From NCBI RefSeq assembly GCF_009914755.1, contig NC_060947.1: a stretch of 64,000 nt of DNA; one strand, 5' to 3'. Under the pieces are notes generated by a model, which made no database searches, was not told the DNA's origin, and saw only the letters and a program-made list of their open reading frames with translations. Shown in pieces: positions 1-13,374 of the stretch. Numbering within the stretch: position 1 is the first letter of the stretch; every line of letters begins with the position of its first letter. The position numbers and the translations under genes are program-made. This DNA comes from the human T2T-CHM13v2.0 reference genome, Homo sapiens.

Positions 1-2269
1 CATCAAAGATTCTGGGGCTGAAAAATATTAAAATTTAAGTATAAAAAAATTACTGAAAGAGTTCAATACAGAATTGGCAAGACAAAAAAAAAAGAATAAG
101 TGAACTTGAAGACAGGTCATTTGAAATCATTGAGTCAAACGAGCAAAAATTAAAAAAAAAAAAAAGAAAGGAGGAAAGCAAAGAGCCTAGGGGAATTATG
201 GGAAACTATCAAGCACACCAATATACACAATATGAATTCCCAAAGGAGAAACAGATAAATAGAAGGACAGCATATTTGAATAAATTACAACTGAAAACTT
301 CCCAATCTGCAGAATTAAATAGACATGCAAATTCAAAACTCACAAATAACTTAAACTGGAAAAAAATCCAAAGAGAACTACAAGACAAATTATAATCAAA
401 CTGTAAAGTCAAAGACAAAGAGAGAATCTTCAAAGAAGCAAGGAAAAAGTTATTTGTCATGTACAGCAGAGCTTCCCTTTCACGATAAAGCACCTTTTAT
501 AGTATAAACACTCAACCAAGTAGGAATGGAAGAAAACCATCTTAACATAATAAAGGCCATTGATAAAAAGCCCACAGCTAACGTCACACTTCATAGTGAA
601 AGACTAAAAGCTTTTGCTTTAAGAGCAGGAACAAAACAAGGTTGCTAACTATTGCTTCTTCTATACAACATAATATAGGAGACCCTAGACAGAATAAATA
701 CGAAAAAAAATGGGGGAAAAAGCATCCAAATAGAAAGGAAGAGGTAATTTTTTTTTCTATTTGTAGATGACTTGATAGTATATGTAGAAAAGTCTAAAGA
801 TTCAACACCACCACCAACGTAAAAATTGTTAGAACTAATAAATGCATTCAACAAAATTGCAGGATACAAAATGAGCACTCAAAAATCAGTTACGTTTCTA
901 TACATTAACAATGAACAATCTGAAAAGGAAGCAAAAGCAATTTATTTATAATAGCATCAAAAAGAATAAAATTATTAAAAATAAACTTAACTGAAGAAGT
1001 GAATGATTTGTACTATGAAAATAAGGAGCATTTCTGAAACAAATTTTAGAAGATGAAAACAAATGAAAAAAAATCTCATCTTCATAGATTGGCAGTCTTA
1101 ATATTAACATTTAACATTACCCAAAGTGATCTACAGATTCAGTGCAATCCCTATCAAAATTCCAAAAGGATTTCTTGCAGAGATACAAAAATACATTCTC
1201 AATTCTGTGTGGGATATCAATGAATCCCAAATAGCCGAAGCATTTTTTAAAGAACAAAGTTTCAAACACTCACACTTTCTGATTCTAATAATTTATACAA
1301 AGATGCAATAATGAAAAAAAGTGAGGTGCTGTCACAAAAACAAACAAATTGACAAATGGGGTGCAATAGAGAGCACAGAAACAAACCCTTGTATATATGG
1401 TCAAATGATCTTTGACAAGGATGCCAAGATAACTTAAAGGAGAGAGAACACTCGAACACTCTCTTCAACAAATATTGTTAAAACAGTATATTGTTATGCA
1501 AAAATTATAGTTGTCTTTATTATACACCTTAAACATAGACTAACTAAACTAAAACAAAAGTTTTAAAGACCTAAATAAAAGATTTAAAGCTATAAAATTT
1601 TTAGAAGAAAACACAGGGGAGAAGCTTCATGACATTGAATTTGACAATTATTTATTGCATAACAACACCTACAGGCCAATAGGACAGGCAACAAAATCAA
1701 AAGGAGTCAAGTTAGGACTACATCAAACTTAACTTTGTTCATCAAACTATACAATAAACAGTGAAAAGGCAACTTACTAATTGGGAGATAATATTTGAAA
1801 ATCATATATCAAATTAGAAATTAGTTTGCAGAATAGATAAAAATCTCTTGCAACTCAACAACAAAATATAAATAACACAATTTAAAAATGAGCTGAGGAC
1901 TGGTGAAAATATTTCTCAAAAAGTTATATACAACTGACCAACACATATATGAAAATATGCTCTACATCACTAATAACCAGATAAATGCAAATAAAAACCT
2001 CACTGGTTTATTACTACATACCCATTAAGATTTCTACCACAAAAAATAGAAACAGAAGAAAATAGAAAGCATTGATATCTGAACCCTTGTTCATTAATAA
2101 GGGAAGGATAAAATTGTGCAACCACAATGGAAAACAGTATGGAGATGCCTCAAAAAATTTTTAAAAACTACGATTAGATCAGCAATACCATTTTTGGGTA
2201 TATTTCTAAAATAATTGAAAGCAATCTTTTGAAGAGATTTTTGCACATTTATGTCCTTGGTAGCACTAA
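1..2269 (+). mobile_element. Old LINE-1 (L1MB-like), left part: ORF1 remnant joined directly to ORF2 RT/C-terminal remnant
   Basis: ORF1-like text at 1-~480 (agtgaacttgaagacaggtcatttgaaatcatt...), then ORF2 text including the decayed FADD region (ctatttgtagatgacttgatagtatatgtagaaaa, ~777-810) and ORF 1126-1311 IYRFSAIPIKIP. It breaks off where an LTR begins at 2270. Confidence 0.85.
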
Positions 2270-2733
2270 TGACAACGATTTTTTAAGGGAAATTTTAGTC
2301 CTAGGCTCATCTGTACACTTCCTTATAAAATTCAGTTTTAGTAAATAACCCTGTTAAGTCAGTTTAGCAACACCTTCACCCTCATTGGTAACTAAACACC
2401 TTCAATATATGATCAGGTTCCTCACCCTCCAGCATTCTTCAGGAGATGTCTGATTACCCTGGCTGGTCATCAGCAAAAATCCTGTTATAAAAGTTTAGCT
2501 AGAATTCCAATTATCCCTGATGTTTTCTCTTAGTAATTTTTTATCTATTGACCCCAATCTTGCTTCTTGGATATAAATTCCCACTTTCCCCATGTTGTAT
2601 TAGGTGTCAAACCTAACTGCTTTCTCCCACTGCAAAATCTTATTGCAGTGTTCTCTATTTATTTTGATGATCTTGAATAGGGTCTGCCTCACCATGTTTT
2701 AACAAGCGTAATTGAATTTTTTTTATTCTAAGT
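2270..2733 (+). mobile_element. ERV1 LTR, MER31-like (5' LTR of provirus)
   Basis: Starts TGACAA at 2270 and is collinear with the copy at 13375-14212 (ctaggctcatctgtacacttcc, ctgttaagtcagtttag, ataaattcccact, tttaacaagc). The 3' end is approximate. Confidence 0.8.
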
Positions 2734-5700
2734 GTTCACATGTGAAACCTTTGTCATTAGTCCTGACTGACTGATTGGGGATCTATTGGTGATTCAGACT
2801 ATTGCTCTGAATAAATGTCCATTGGACATGGTAATTACAGATTTTTTAATCTTAAGAATTCTAATGTACTCTCTGAAGCTGGGTTAGAGTGCCAGGTTTC
2901 TTTGAACGGTACTTCCTGGGCTAGTAGTTCTTCTTCCTGGGTCTTTTTCTTGAGTCAGAATTATTCCCTGACTCCTTGGGCTGGAGATCTCTTCTTTCTA
3001 GCCATCCTTGAGACCTCTGTTTTCTCCCTGCTAGACCCTGCTGCTCCTATGTGAACTTCTCTGTCACATGAAACCTCTCTTTTGAACCCCTGTTGACTAA
3101 ATTATCCACCAGTTCCGTCTACCTCCCTCTTGTTGGCATAATTTTGCACTCCAGTTTTCAAGAATACTTGGAAATGTCTTGTTTCAAACCCCTTCCTCCT
3201 CCATCTCTCTGGGCACCCCTGCCAAACATTTTTTTTTTTTTTTTGCTTTCTAGATCCTGTTCAGTCACTTGAACTTCAGAACCATTCTTTCAAGGGACTC
3301 AAGATCCCATAAAAACAACCACCTGAGACCAAAAAGAAAATAAGAAACTGCTTGAAAACAAAAATATGTTTTGTCCACTCAGAGGAGTTTTGGATGAGTA
3401 TGAGAAGTATGAGTTTTAAATGAGTATGAAAGTATGAGATACTTTCCTACCTCTGGATTATATTACCAAATTAATTTATAAAATCCCTTTAAGGAGTTCT
3501 TTTTAGATTGGCTAGAAAACAAATGAGCATAAAAGGAATTATATTTAGATTTGCTTGGAAATAAATAAGCACTTACATACATTAAGTATGCCTAAAACTC
3601 TCAAAAGTACAAAAGCCCAATTGCTTTTTAAGTTTATGTGATCTGAATAATTTTTGGTAAATAAAGCTAGCTTTTAAATTGTCAGTAAATAAAAGCAAAA
3701 AAATGTCTTCAGAATTATCAGCATTAAGTATACTGTAGACACATTTTTATTCTATCTGGATTTACTAGTCAAACAAATTATCTCTACTACTTTAAGATTA
3801 TAAAAGTATGAGTTTAGTCAAAGAACAAATGTGCAAGTGAAACTGCCTTGTCCTTTGCTATATGATTATTAAACACAGCAGCAAAACAAAACAAAAAAAG
3901 CCTATGTATAATTTTTTTTTAGAATTCTTGCTTTCATGATGACTGCCTAACATGCACAGGCTGTAAAAATTGTAAAGAGGAAAATGATTTGAGATGACGG
4001 CTAGCATTGCTAAATGGCTCATGATATTTTCATGAGAAATTCAACATAACAAGTGAATTAAAAAGTGTAAATGGGATAAAAATTTATAAATAAACTTTTC
4101 AACAACAATTTTTCCTTGTAAAATATATATCCAATTAAAAATAGTTTCCAAAATCTTTTTGGTAACTCACAACCTTAAAGTTATTGTAAATTAAGTAAAG
4201 TAAGAGGTATTTATTACATGTATGGGTCATTTCTAAGAAAAATAAAATACTAAAATATTAATTGTTGAACATACATTTAAGTTTATCTACTTTTGCTTTC
4301 TTAAATTTTACAGAAAAAGCTAAATATATTTTGGTCTGTTAATAAACATCAGAAATTATGCCATATGTTTCTAAAAATTATAAAATAGTATTTATCTACA
4401 CAATGTTGGTATTTGACAGTTCACAGTTGCTTATAGTTTTCATTAGAAATTACAATTGCTAAGTATTAAAACTTCTAAGTAATATATGAAATTAAAACTA
4501 CTATAAATTACAAGTGAAACAACTCTCATGATCAAGCATACAAGGAAAATGACAGGTGGTTTTGGTAAGGAATGTTTCAAAGTATGATATGTTTTCTGTT
4601 AAGGAAAAAAGGAGTAATTAATTCTGTAAAACTAATAAAATGATAATTCTAATAAAGTAGAATGACTGATTGTTCCAAAGTAAGAAAGACAAAATGTAGG
4701 AGGCAAAAAGGCTGATGAATATGTTTTAAATGCTATAAATGGCTTACATGAAGGCAATCTTGAAAAATAAATCTTGTGTGTTCAAAGCTGGTTGAGATTG
4801 GATAGATTCATTTATAAATTTCATTAAAAAACTAGCTTTAGTATTAATAGTACACTGATGAAAAATTAGAATTTATCTTTCTCTCTTAAAATATGTTAAA
4901 ATATTTGATTCACAAAATAATCAAATTTCCTTGTTAATTTCATCATTATTGTAATGAATTTTTATCAGATCTTTAACTATAAAGATTTCAAGCTTTTTAT
5001 TGACAGTTATTGTTTTACATTGATTCTTCTCTGAAAGTATTTTCAGTCAGCTATGTCCAAAATTTATTATAAAGACTCTGACAAGTACTCTGGAATATAT
5101 ATTTCTGATAAATTTAAGATCATAATATTGAACTGAAAAAAAATTTCAGGACTATAATGAAGAAACTGACAGATTCACGAAACTGGTAACCAAGATGAAG
5201 TAGAACAAGAATTAATTACGTAGGCCTGAATAAACTGATGAGGATATTTTTAAATGATATTTTTCTTAGAAGCATTTCTAGTTTTTAATGGTTTTCTTTC
5301 TAATTTAAAGAAACCTTTTTTTGTTGTTGTTTTAAGCTCTCTGTAGCTTATAGCAATTTTATAAAGTATACTTCTGTGAACAAAAATGGAAACATTTACT
5401 TTTTCTCCTTACCTCATCCCTCCAGAATTCAGAAACTAGTAATTAGTGTTATTATTTTAATAGAAATATAGTTATTTGCATAAGTTTAATAAGAGTCTGT
5501 TCTTCCTTTAACAAGACACAATTCAAAATATTGGTCATACTACCAAAGCTTTAATTGGAATGCCATATTTTATACATGACCAGACAACTTTAAGAAATTA
5601 AGATTGACTTTACAAAACTAATGAAGCCCCTTGTGGAAAAAAGTGGCCTGGTACATTACATACATGGTTTCCTTACATGATTACCTCAAAAGTGACTAAG

Positions 5701-6452
5701 AAGTGTCATATCCTTCCAGGCTCAGGAACCTCAGGATAGTTTCAGGACCCTGAGAAAAGATAAATTTACCCAAATCTGTAAGTATTGTAGGAAAAATAGG
5801 ATTATAAGTTATTGGCTTGGTTTCTTGGACTTTAGAGGCTTTTAGAAGTCCAATATGAGATTTCTTATTAAAAATTTCAGAAAAGTACACTTAAAAAGAG
5901 CCTCTGTGATTCATCAGTACCAATGCTTCTTTTATGTAAATAATCAGGCACAGCTTAATTGGACTAGACCAATTTTACAAGCAAATTTGTCTTATTTGAT
6001 TGTCTTATAGAAATGGGGTGTGTGTAAAAAAATTATGTTTCAGTGGATAACATATCTATAGCACCTGCTGTTAGGTTCTACCCCTGTCCACTCTTTTTGA
6101 CGTTTGTTTTTATTTACCTACAAACTGCACCAGACCCTGAGTTCTTCCAGTTTCCCCCAATATCTGGCTACAGCTCTCCATACTAATATTTCCAAATTTT
6201 CTCTCACTCTTCTAGTTTGAAGTAAATAAAAATTTACTCTTTTTCTGACACCCTGTAAGCTGGATAACTAGATATAGACTTCAGAGAAATAATATCAGCT
6301 TGTTTATGAAGAATCTTCAGGCCTATTGTTGCATGGAGTAATCAGAAAGTTTACCATGATATCTGATATAAACTTCAAACAATGGATATCCATTAGATTC
6401 ACAGTATCATCTTCACTTTACAAAGTGAAGATGAGCTGAAATCGAAAGGTCT
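2734..6452 (+). mobile_element. Non-coding ERV internal sequence (MER31-int/MER4-group-like), left part
   Basis: AT-rich sequence with no recognisable retroviral ORF, lying between paired LTRs. It is interrupted by an L1 and resumes at ~13103. Confidence 0.65.
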
Positions 6453-9380
6453 TTGTTTTTAAACTTTTATTTTAGGTTCAGGGATACATGTGCAGGACTG
6501 CTATGTAGATAAACTGTGTATCGTTGGGTTTTGGTGTACAGAGTATTTTGACATTCAGGTAATAAACATAGAACCCAATAAGTAGTTTATTGATCCTCGC
6601 CCTCCTCCCACTGTTCACCATCAAGTAGGCCCTGGTGTCTGTTGTTCCCTTCTTTCTGTCCATGCCTACTCAATATTTAGCTCCCTCTTACCAGTGAAAA
6701 TCTGTAGTATTTGGTAATGTGTTCCTACATTAGTTCACTTAGGACAATGGCCTCAAGCAACATCCATGTTGCTTCAAAGACATGATCTTTTTCCTTTTTA
6801 TGGATGTGTAGTATTGTATGATATATATGTACCACATTTTCTTTACCCAGTCTACTCTTGATGGAAATTTTGGATGATTCCATGTCTTTGCTATTGTGAA
6901 TAGTGCTGCAAAAAGCATACATGTGTATATGTCTTTACGGTATAACAATTTATACTCCATTGGATATAAATATATATGTATATCCACATACAATAATGGC
7001 ATTGCTGGGTCAAATGGTTATTCTGTTTTAAGTTATTTGAGAAATCACCACATTGCTTTCCACAATGGCTGAACCAATTTAAATGCTTAACAGCAGTGTA
7101 CAAGCATTATATTTTCTCTGCAACTTCACCAGCATCTGTTATTTTTTTACTTTTTAATAATAACCATAATGACTGATGTGAGACTCTATCTCATTGTGGT
7201 TTTGATTTTCATTTTTCTAATGATGAGTAATGCTGAACATTCTTTCATATGCTTGGTGGTTGCATGTATATCTTCTTTTGAAAAGTGTGTGTTCATGTCC
7301 TTTGCCCACTTTGTAATGGGATTGTTGGTTTTACTTGTTAATTTGTTTAAATTCCTTTAAGATTCTGGATATTAGACCTTTGTCAGATGCATAGTTTGCA
7401 AATATTTTCTCCAATTCTGTAAGTTGTCTGTTTACTCTGTTGATAGCTTCTTTTGCTGTGCAGAAGCTCTTTAGTTTAATTAGGTCCTATTTGTCAATTT
7501 TGTTTCTGTTGTAATTGCTTTTGATGACTTTGTCATGAACTCTGTCACAGCTTATGTCCAGAATAATATTTCCTAGGTTACCCTCCAGGATTTTTATAGT
7601 TTCAAGTTTTACATTTAAGTCTTTAATCCATCTTGAGTTGATTTCTGTATAAGGTGTATGAAAGGGGTCTAGTTTCAATCTTCTGCATAAGGCTAACCAG
7701 TTATCCCAGCAGCATTTATTGAATATAGTCCTTTCCACATTGCTTGTTTTTACTGACTTTGTCAAAGATCAGATGTTGTAGGTGTGTGAATTTATTCCTG
7801 GGCTGTTTTAGTTCATTGATCTATGTGTCTGTTTTAGTACAAGTACCATGCTATTTTGCTTTCTGTAGCCTTGTCGTATAGTGTGAAGCTAGGTAATCTG
7901 ATGTCTCCAGCTTTTTCATTTCTGCTTAGGACTGCTATGGCTATTTGGGTACTTTTGTGGGATCTATATGAATTTTAGAATAGTTTTTTCTAATTCGGTT
8001 GAAAATATTGCTGCAAGTTTGATAGGAATACCATTGAATCTATAAATTGCTTGGGACAGTTTGTCCATTTTAACAATATTGATTGTATCCATAAGCATGG
8101 ATTTTTTTTTCTATTTGTTTGTGTCATCTTATCTTTTAGCATTTTTAAAAAATTTTCATTGTAGAGATTATTCACCTCTCTGGTTAGCTATACTCCTAGA
8201 CATTTAATCGTTTTCATGGCTATTGTAAATGAGTTTGCATTCTTGATTTGGCTCTCAACTTTGACACTATATGTGTATAGAAATGCTACTGATTTTGTGC
8301 ACTGATTTTGTATCCTGTGTTTATCAGATCTAGGAGCTTTTTCCAGAGACTGTGATATTTTCTACATGCAAAATAATATCATCTGAAAACAGAGATATTT
8401 TGACTTACTGTATTCCTATTTGAAAGCCTTTTATTTCTTTTTCTTGCTTGATTTCTCTGGCTAGGATCCAGTACTATGTTGAACAGGAGTGGTGAGAGTG
8501 GACATCTTTGTCTTGTTCCAGCTCTCAAGGGGAATGCTTCCAGCTTTTGCCCATTCAGTATGATGTTGGCTGCAGGTTTGTCAGAGATGCCTCTTATTGT
8601 TTTGAGATATTTTCCTATAATGCTTAGTTTTTTGAGGGTTAAAAACATGAACAGATATTGAATTTTATGGAAAGCCTTTTCTGTGTCTCTTGAGGTGATC
8701 ATTTGGTTTCTGTTTTTAGTTCTATTTTTGTGATGAATTTCATTTATTGACTTTTATATGTTGAGACAACCTTACATCCCAGGTATAAATCCTACTTGAT
8801 CATGGTGGATTAGCTTTTGAGTGTGCTGATAAATTTAGTTTGCTAGTATTTTGTTGAAGATTTTCATATCTATATTCATTAAATATATTGGCCAGAATTT
8901 TATATTTATTGTTGTGTCTCTGCCAGGTTTTTATATCAGAATGTTGCTGGCCTCATAGAGTGAGTTAGGAAGGAGTCCCTCCTTCTCAATTTTTGTAATA
9001 ATTTCACTAGGAATGAGACAAGCTCTTCGTTATACATCTGATATAATTCAGCTTTGAATCCATCTGGTTCCAGGCTTTTTTCTATTTGGCAGCCTTTCTA
9101 TTACTGACTCAATTTCAGAACTCATTACTGGTTAGCTCAAGGGTTCATACTTTCCTGGTTCAATCTTGGTAGGTTGCACGTTTGGGAATTTATCCATTTA
9201 TTCTAGATTTTCTAGGTTGAGTGCAAAAAGTGTTCTTAGGAGTCTCTTTGTGTTTTTTTTCTTTTCCTTTCATTTTTGTGGGGTCAGTGTTAATGCCCCT
9301 TTGTCATTTGTGATTGTGTTCATCTGGTTTTTCTCTCTTTGTTTCTGTGTTAGTCTAGCTAGCAATCTACATTTCTTATT

Positions 9381-9840
9381 TATTTATTTATTATACTTTA
9401 AGTTCTGGGATACATGTACAGAACGTGCAGGTTTGTTACATAGGTATACATGTGTCATGGTGGTTTGCTGCACCCATCAACCTGTCATCTAGGATTTAAG
9501 CCCTGCATGCATTAGGTATTTGTCCTAATGCTTTCTCACCCCTTGCCCCACACCCCCAACAGGCCCTGGTGTGTGATGTTCTTCTTCTTGTGTCCATGTG
9601 TTCTTATTGTTCAACTCCCACCTATGAGTGAGAACATGTGGTGTTTGGTTTTCTGTCCCTGTGTTGGTTTGCTGAGAATGGTGGTTTTCAGCTTCAACCA
9701 TGTCCCTGCAACAGACATGAATGCATCCTTTTTTATGGCTGCATAGTATTACATGGTGCATATGTGCCATATTTTCTTTATCCAGTCTAATATTGATGGG
9801 CATTTGGGTTGGTTCCAAGTCTTTGCTATTGTGAATAGTG
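9381..9840 (-). mobile_element. 5'-truncated L1PA8-like 3' end nested in the older L1
   Basis: Diagnostic tract catctaggatttaagccctgcatgcattagg. 20-bp TSD agcaatctacatttcttatt (9361-9380) / agcagtctatatttcttatt (9841-9860), 2 mismatches. Confidence 0.9.
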
Positions 9841-11700
9841 AGCAGTCTATATTTCTTATTTACTCTTTAAATAACAAACTCCTGGATTATTTTATCTTTT
9901 GTGCATTTTTTGCATCTCAATTTCCTTCAATTCAGCTATGATTTTGGTTATTTTTTTGTCATCTACTAGCTTTTGTGTTGGCCTGGTCTTGTTTCTCTAA
10001 CTCCTAAGTTTGATGTTACGTGATTAATTTAAGATCTTTCTAACTTTTTGATGTGGGTGTTCAATGCTATAAAGTTTCCTCTTAACACCGATTTAACTGT
10101 GTCCCAGAGATTTGCAAATATTATATATTTGTTTTCATTCATTTCAAAAAATTTCTTAATTTCCTTCTTAATTTTATTGTTTACCCAAAAGTGATTCAGA
10201 ATCAGGTTGCTTAACTTGCATTAATTTCCATGTAATGGTTTCCAGTAATGCTCTCTCTATTTTTAATGTGCTATGCTAGTTCATATGATTTTTAAAAATT
10301 TGCTGAAGATTGCTTTATGTATAATTGTGTATTTGATTTTAGAGCATGCGCCATGTGCAAATATGAAGAATGTATATTCTATTGTTTTGGGTTGGAGAGT
10401 TCTGTATATGTCTATTAGCCCTAGTTGGTAAAATGTCTAGTTCAGGTCCTAAATATATTCGTTAGTTGTCTGCTTCTATTATCTATCTAATACTGTCAGC
10501 GGGTTGTTAAATCCTTCTACTATTATTGTGTGGTTATCTAAGTCTCTTCTTCAGTGATGTCTAAAATCTTGCTTTATGAATCTGGATGCTCTTGTTTTGG
10601 GTACATAGATATTTAGGATAGTTAGGACTTCTTGTTGAATTGAAACCTTTACCATTAGGTAATGCCCTGTTTTGTCTTTTTTGGTTGTTGTTGATTTAAA
10701 GTCTGTTTTGCCTAAAATTAGAATGGCAACTTCAGATTTTTTCTGTTTTGCATTATCTTGGTAGATTTTTCTCCACCCCTTTACTTTAAACCCATGAATG
10801 TCATTGAACACAAATTTGATCTCCTGAAGACAGTGTACTATTGAGTTTTGTTTATCCAATGCCATTCTTAACCTTTTAATTGAGGCATTTAGTTCATGTA
10901 CATTCAAAATTAGTATTGATATGTGCTGATTTGATCCCATGATAGTGTTGTTAGCTGGTTATTATCCAGACTTGATTGTGTGGTTACTTTATAGTGTCAG
11001 TGTTCTTTGTACTTACGTGTGTTTTTGTAATGTCCAGTACTGGTCTTTTATTTCCACATTTAACACTCCCTTAAGGACCCCTTGTAAGGCAGGTCTGGTG
11101 GAAACAACTTACCTTAGCATTTTCTTGTCTGAAAAGGGTTTATTTCTCCTTCACCTATGATGCTTAGTTTGGCTGGATATAAAATTCTCAGCTGAAAATT
11201 CTTCTTTAAGAATGTTTAATATAAGCCCCCAGTCCTTTCTGGCTTGTTGGGGTTTTGCTAAAATGTCCACTGTTAACCTGATGGGGGTTCCCTTTGCATA
11301 ACGGGTGGCCTGCTCTTTCTCTCTAAATGCCTTCAACATGTTTTTTTGTTGTTGTTGTTTATTTTTTATAACAGCCTTGTAGAATCTGATGATTATGGTT
11401 CTTAGGGATGGTAATATTTTATAATAGCTCCTAGGGATTCTCTGCATTTTTCAATTTGAATTTTAATTGTTTCTAAAGGGGTTGGGGAAATTTTTATGGA
11501 TAATACCCTGAAATATGTTTTGCAAGTTGCCTGCTTTTCCTCCTTCTCTTTCTGGGACACCAGTGAGTTGTAGATTTTGTTTCTTAACATAATCCTTTAT
11601 ATCTTAGAGTGTTTGTTCATTCTTCTTTATTTTTAAAAAGTTTTGTCTGACTGAGTTATTTTGAAGAACATGTCTGAAAATTCTTTCCTTTGTCAAGCTA

Positions 11701-11777
11701 TTCAGTTGGTGCAAAAGTAATTGTAATCTCTGACATTAAAAATAATGGCAGAAACCACAATTACTTTTGCAACCTAA
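11701..11777. mobile_element. MADE1 MITE (Hsmar1 mariner-derived)
   Basis: Palindromic ttcagttggtgcaaaagtaattg...caattacttttgcaacctaa, flanked by TA on both sides (11699-11700, 11778-11779). Confidence 0.9.
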
Positions 11778-13102
11778 TAAAATTCTTTCCTCAGCTTGGT
11801 CAACTGTGCTGTTAATGCTTGCAAGTGTATTATGACATTCTTGATGTGACATTTTCAGCTCTATCAGATCAGCTTGGTTCTTTCTAAAATTGACCGTTTC
11901 ATCTTTCAACTCCCGTACCTTGTTACTGTATTCCTTAGATTTCTTGGATTTGGTTTAGACATTCTCCTGAATATCAATGATATTCATTCTTATCCACATT
12001 CTGAATAGTATTTCTGGTTTTTAGCCATTTTAGCCTGGTTATGAACCATTGCTGGGGAACTAGTGCAGAGGTTAGAGGTATAAATACACTGGATTTTTGA
12101 GTTTCCAGATTTCTTGCACTGATTCTTTCTCATCTACATTGGCTGATTTCCCTTCTGTCTTTGATGTTGGTATCCTTTAGATTATTATTTTTTTACTTTT
12201 ATCTTCTTTGATGCCCTTGGGAGTTTGATTATGCTATATGTTGGATTCAGTCAACCTGCTTATTTCTGAAAGATTTTAGAGGGTAAAGGCTCAGCTCAAG
12301 ACTCCTGTACTGCATGCTCTAAATCTCAGTCTCTGAGATGAGGCCCATATATTCATGGCATAGGGGTGGCTCCTGTGTTTGGAGGGTACAGATGGGCTGG
12401 TATCTGTGGAGGCCACCCTGCTGGAGCTCTCCAATGGACAGGCACAGTCTGCCAGTGAAGGAGCAATGATGAGGGACCCCAGGAACAACTTGGTTGGGCT
12501 TCTGAGGATGTACTCCAAGTGAGCCATGTCAGGCTGTGGGCCTGGGATGGGCTAGCAGACAGGGGAGCACTCAGATAGAACTGACACTATCTCATAGGCA
12601 AGGCCACTTTGCTCTGTCCAGGTCTGATGGTCACTCCACAGCTAGTTCCTTAGAGGAGTATGGTGAGCCTTGTGGGATGGGTATCCCTGGTCATGCTCCA
12701 CTACAGACTTTCCTGTTCTAAACCCTCTTGGCTCCACTCAGGCATAAGTCCTGCTTTTCCTATGTCTCTCAGCACCTCCTCCTGCCAGCTCAAGTGTCTA
12801 TGGAGGTCATGGGGTCTCTTGCTGCCAGGATTCCCAAGGTCCATGCTGAGACTGAGCCACTCCTCTCCCGTTTAACTCTTTTCTTCCCCATGAGTCATCA
12901 GAGGCCAGTAATGAGTCCCAGTGCCCATCAGCTCTGTACAGTGTTCTCAGCTTCCTTTGCCTTTAGTACGACATCTATGTCCTTCCTCTACCCACTCTCA
13001 ATGCCTTCCCTCTGAAGATATGCTCAGAGTGTGTCAGTCTTTCCAAAGTACCAGTCTGTCAGTGGCAGACATTTCTCCTGGTTGTGTCTAGTTGGCAATC
13101 TT

Positions 13103-13374
13103 ATAAAAATCTTGACTGGCTGCCCTGTGGACTCAGAAACTGAGTTTATAGATTTTTCCAACTATTAACCTTGTTTTACTTTTATTTTTATAGACACCAA
13201 CCTCCCCTCATTAAATGCCTACCTGCTATGAGAATTCAGCAAATACTTTCTACTACATAGTCGCAACAGATAAGTCACTTCCTCATTAATGAAAAACTAG
13301 TTAAATGAGAAAATGGACTTATACCATTCAAAGAAAAAAAGGATGTGTCTTATTTTCTTAAACAAGAGGGAGGC
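13103..13374 (+). mobile_element. ERV internal sequence, 3' end with polypurine tract
   Basis: Ends in the purine tract aacaagagggaggc (13361-13374) immediately before the TG of the 3' LTR. Confidence 0.7.

Larger units (their letters stand above)
6453..13102 (-). mobile_element. Near-full-length LINE-1, L1PA15/L1PA16-like, decayed
   Basis: T-rich tail and 3'UTR (tttattttaggttcagggatacatgtgcagg...catcaagtaggccctggtgtct). ORF2 fragments include 8379-8702 [34 protein letters not shown] and the endonuclease N-terminus at 10551-10940. ORF1 fragments at 11151-11590; GC-richer 5'UTR at ~12240-13100. Confidence 0.9.

Noticed and set aside
2734-2760. tRNA primer-binding site after the MER31-like 5' LTR
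   Set aside because: No recognisable TGG-initiated 18-mer; too decayed to call.
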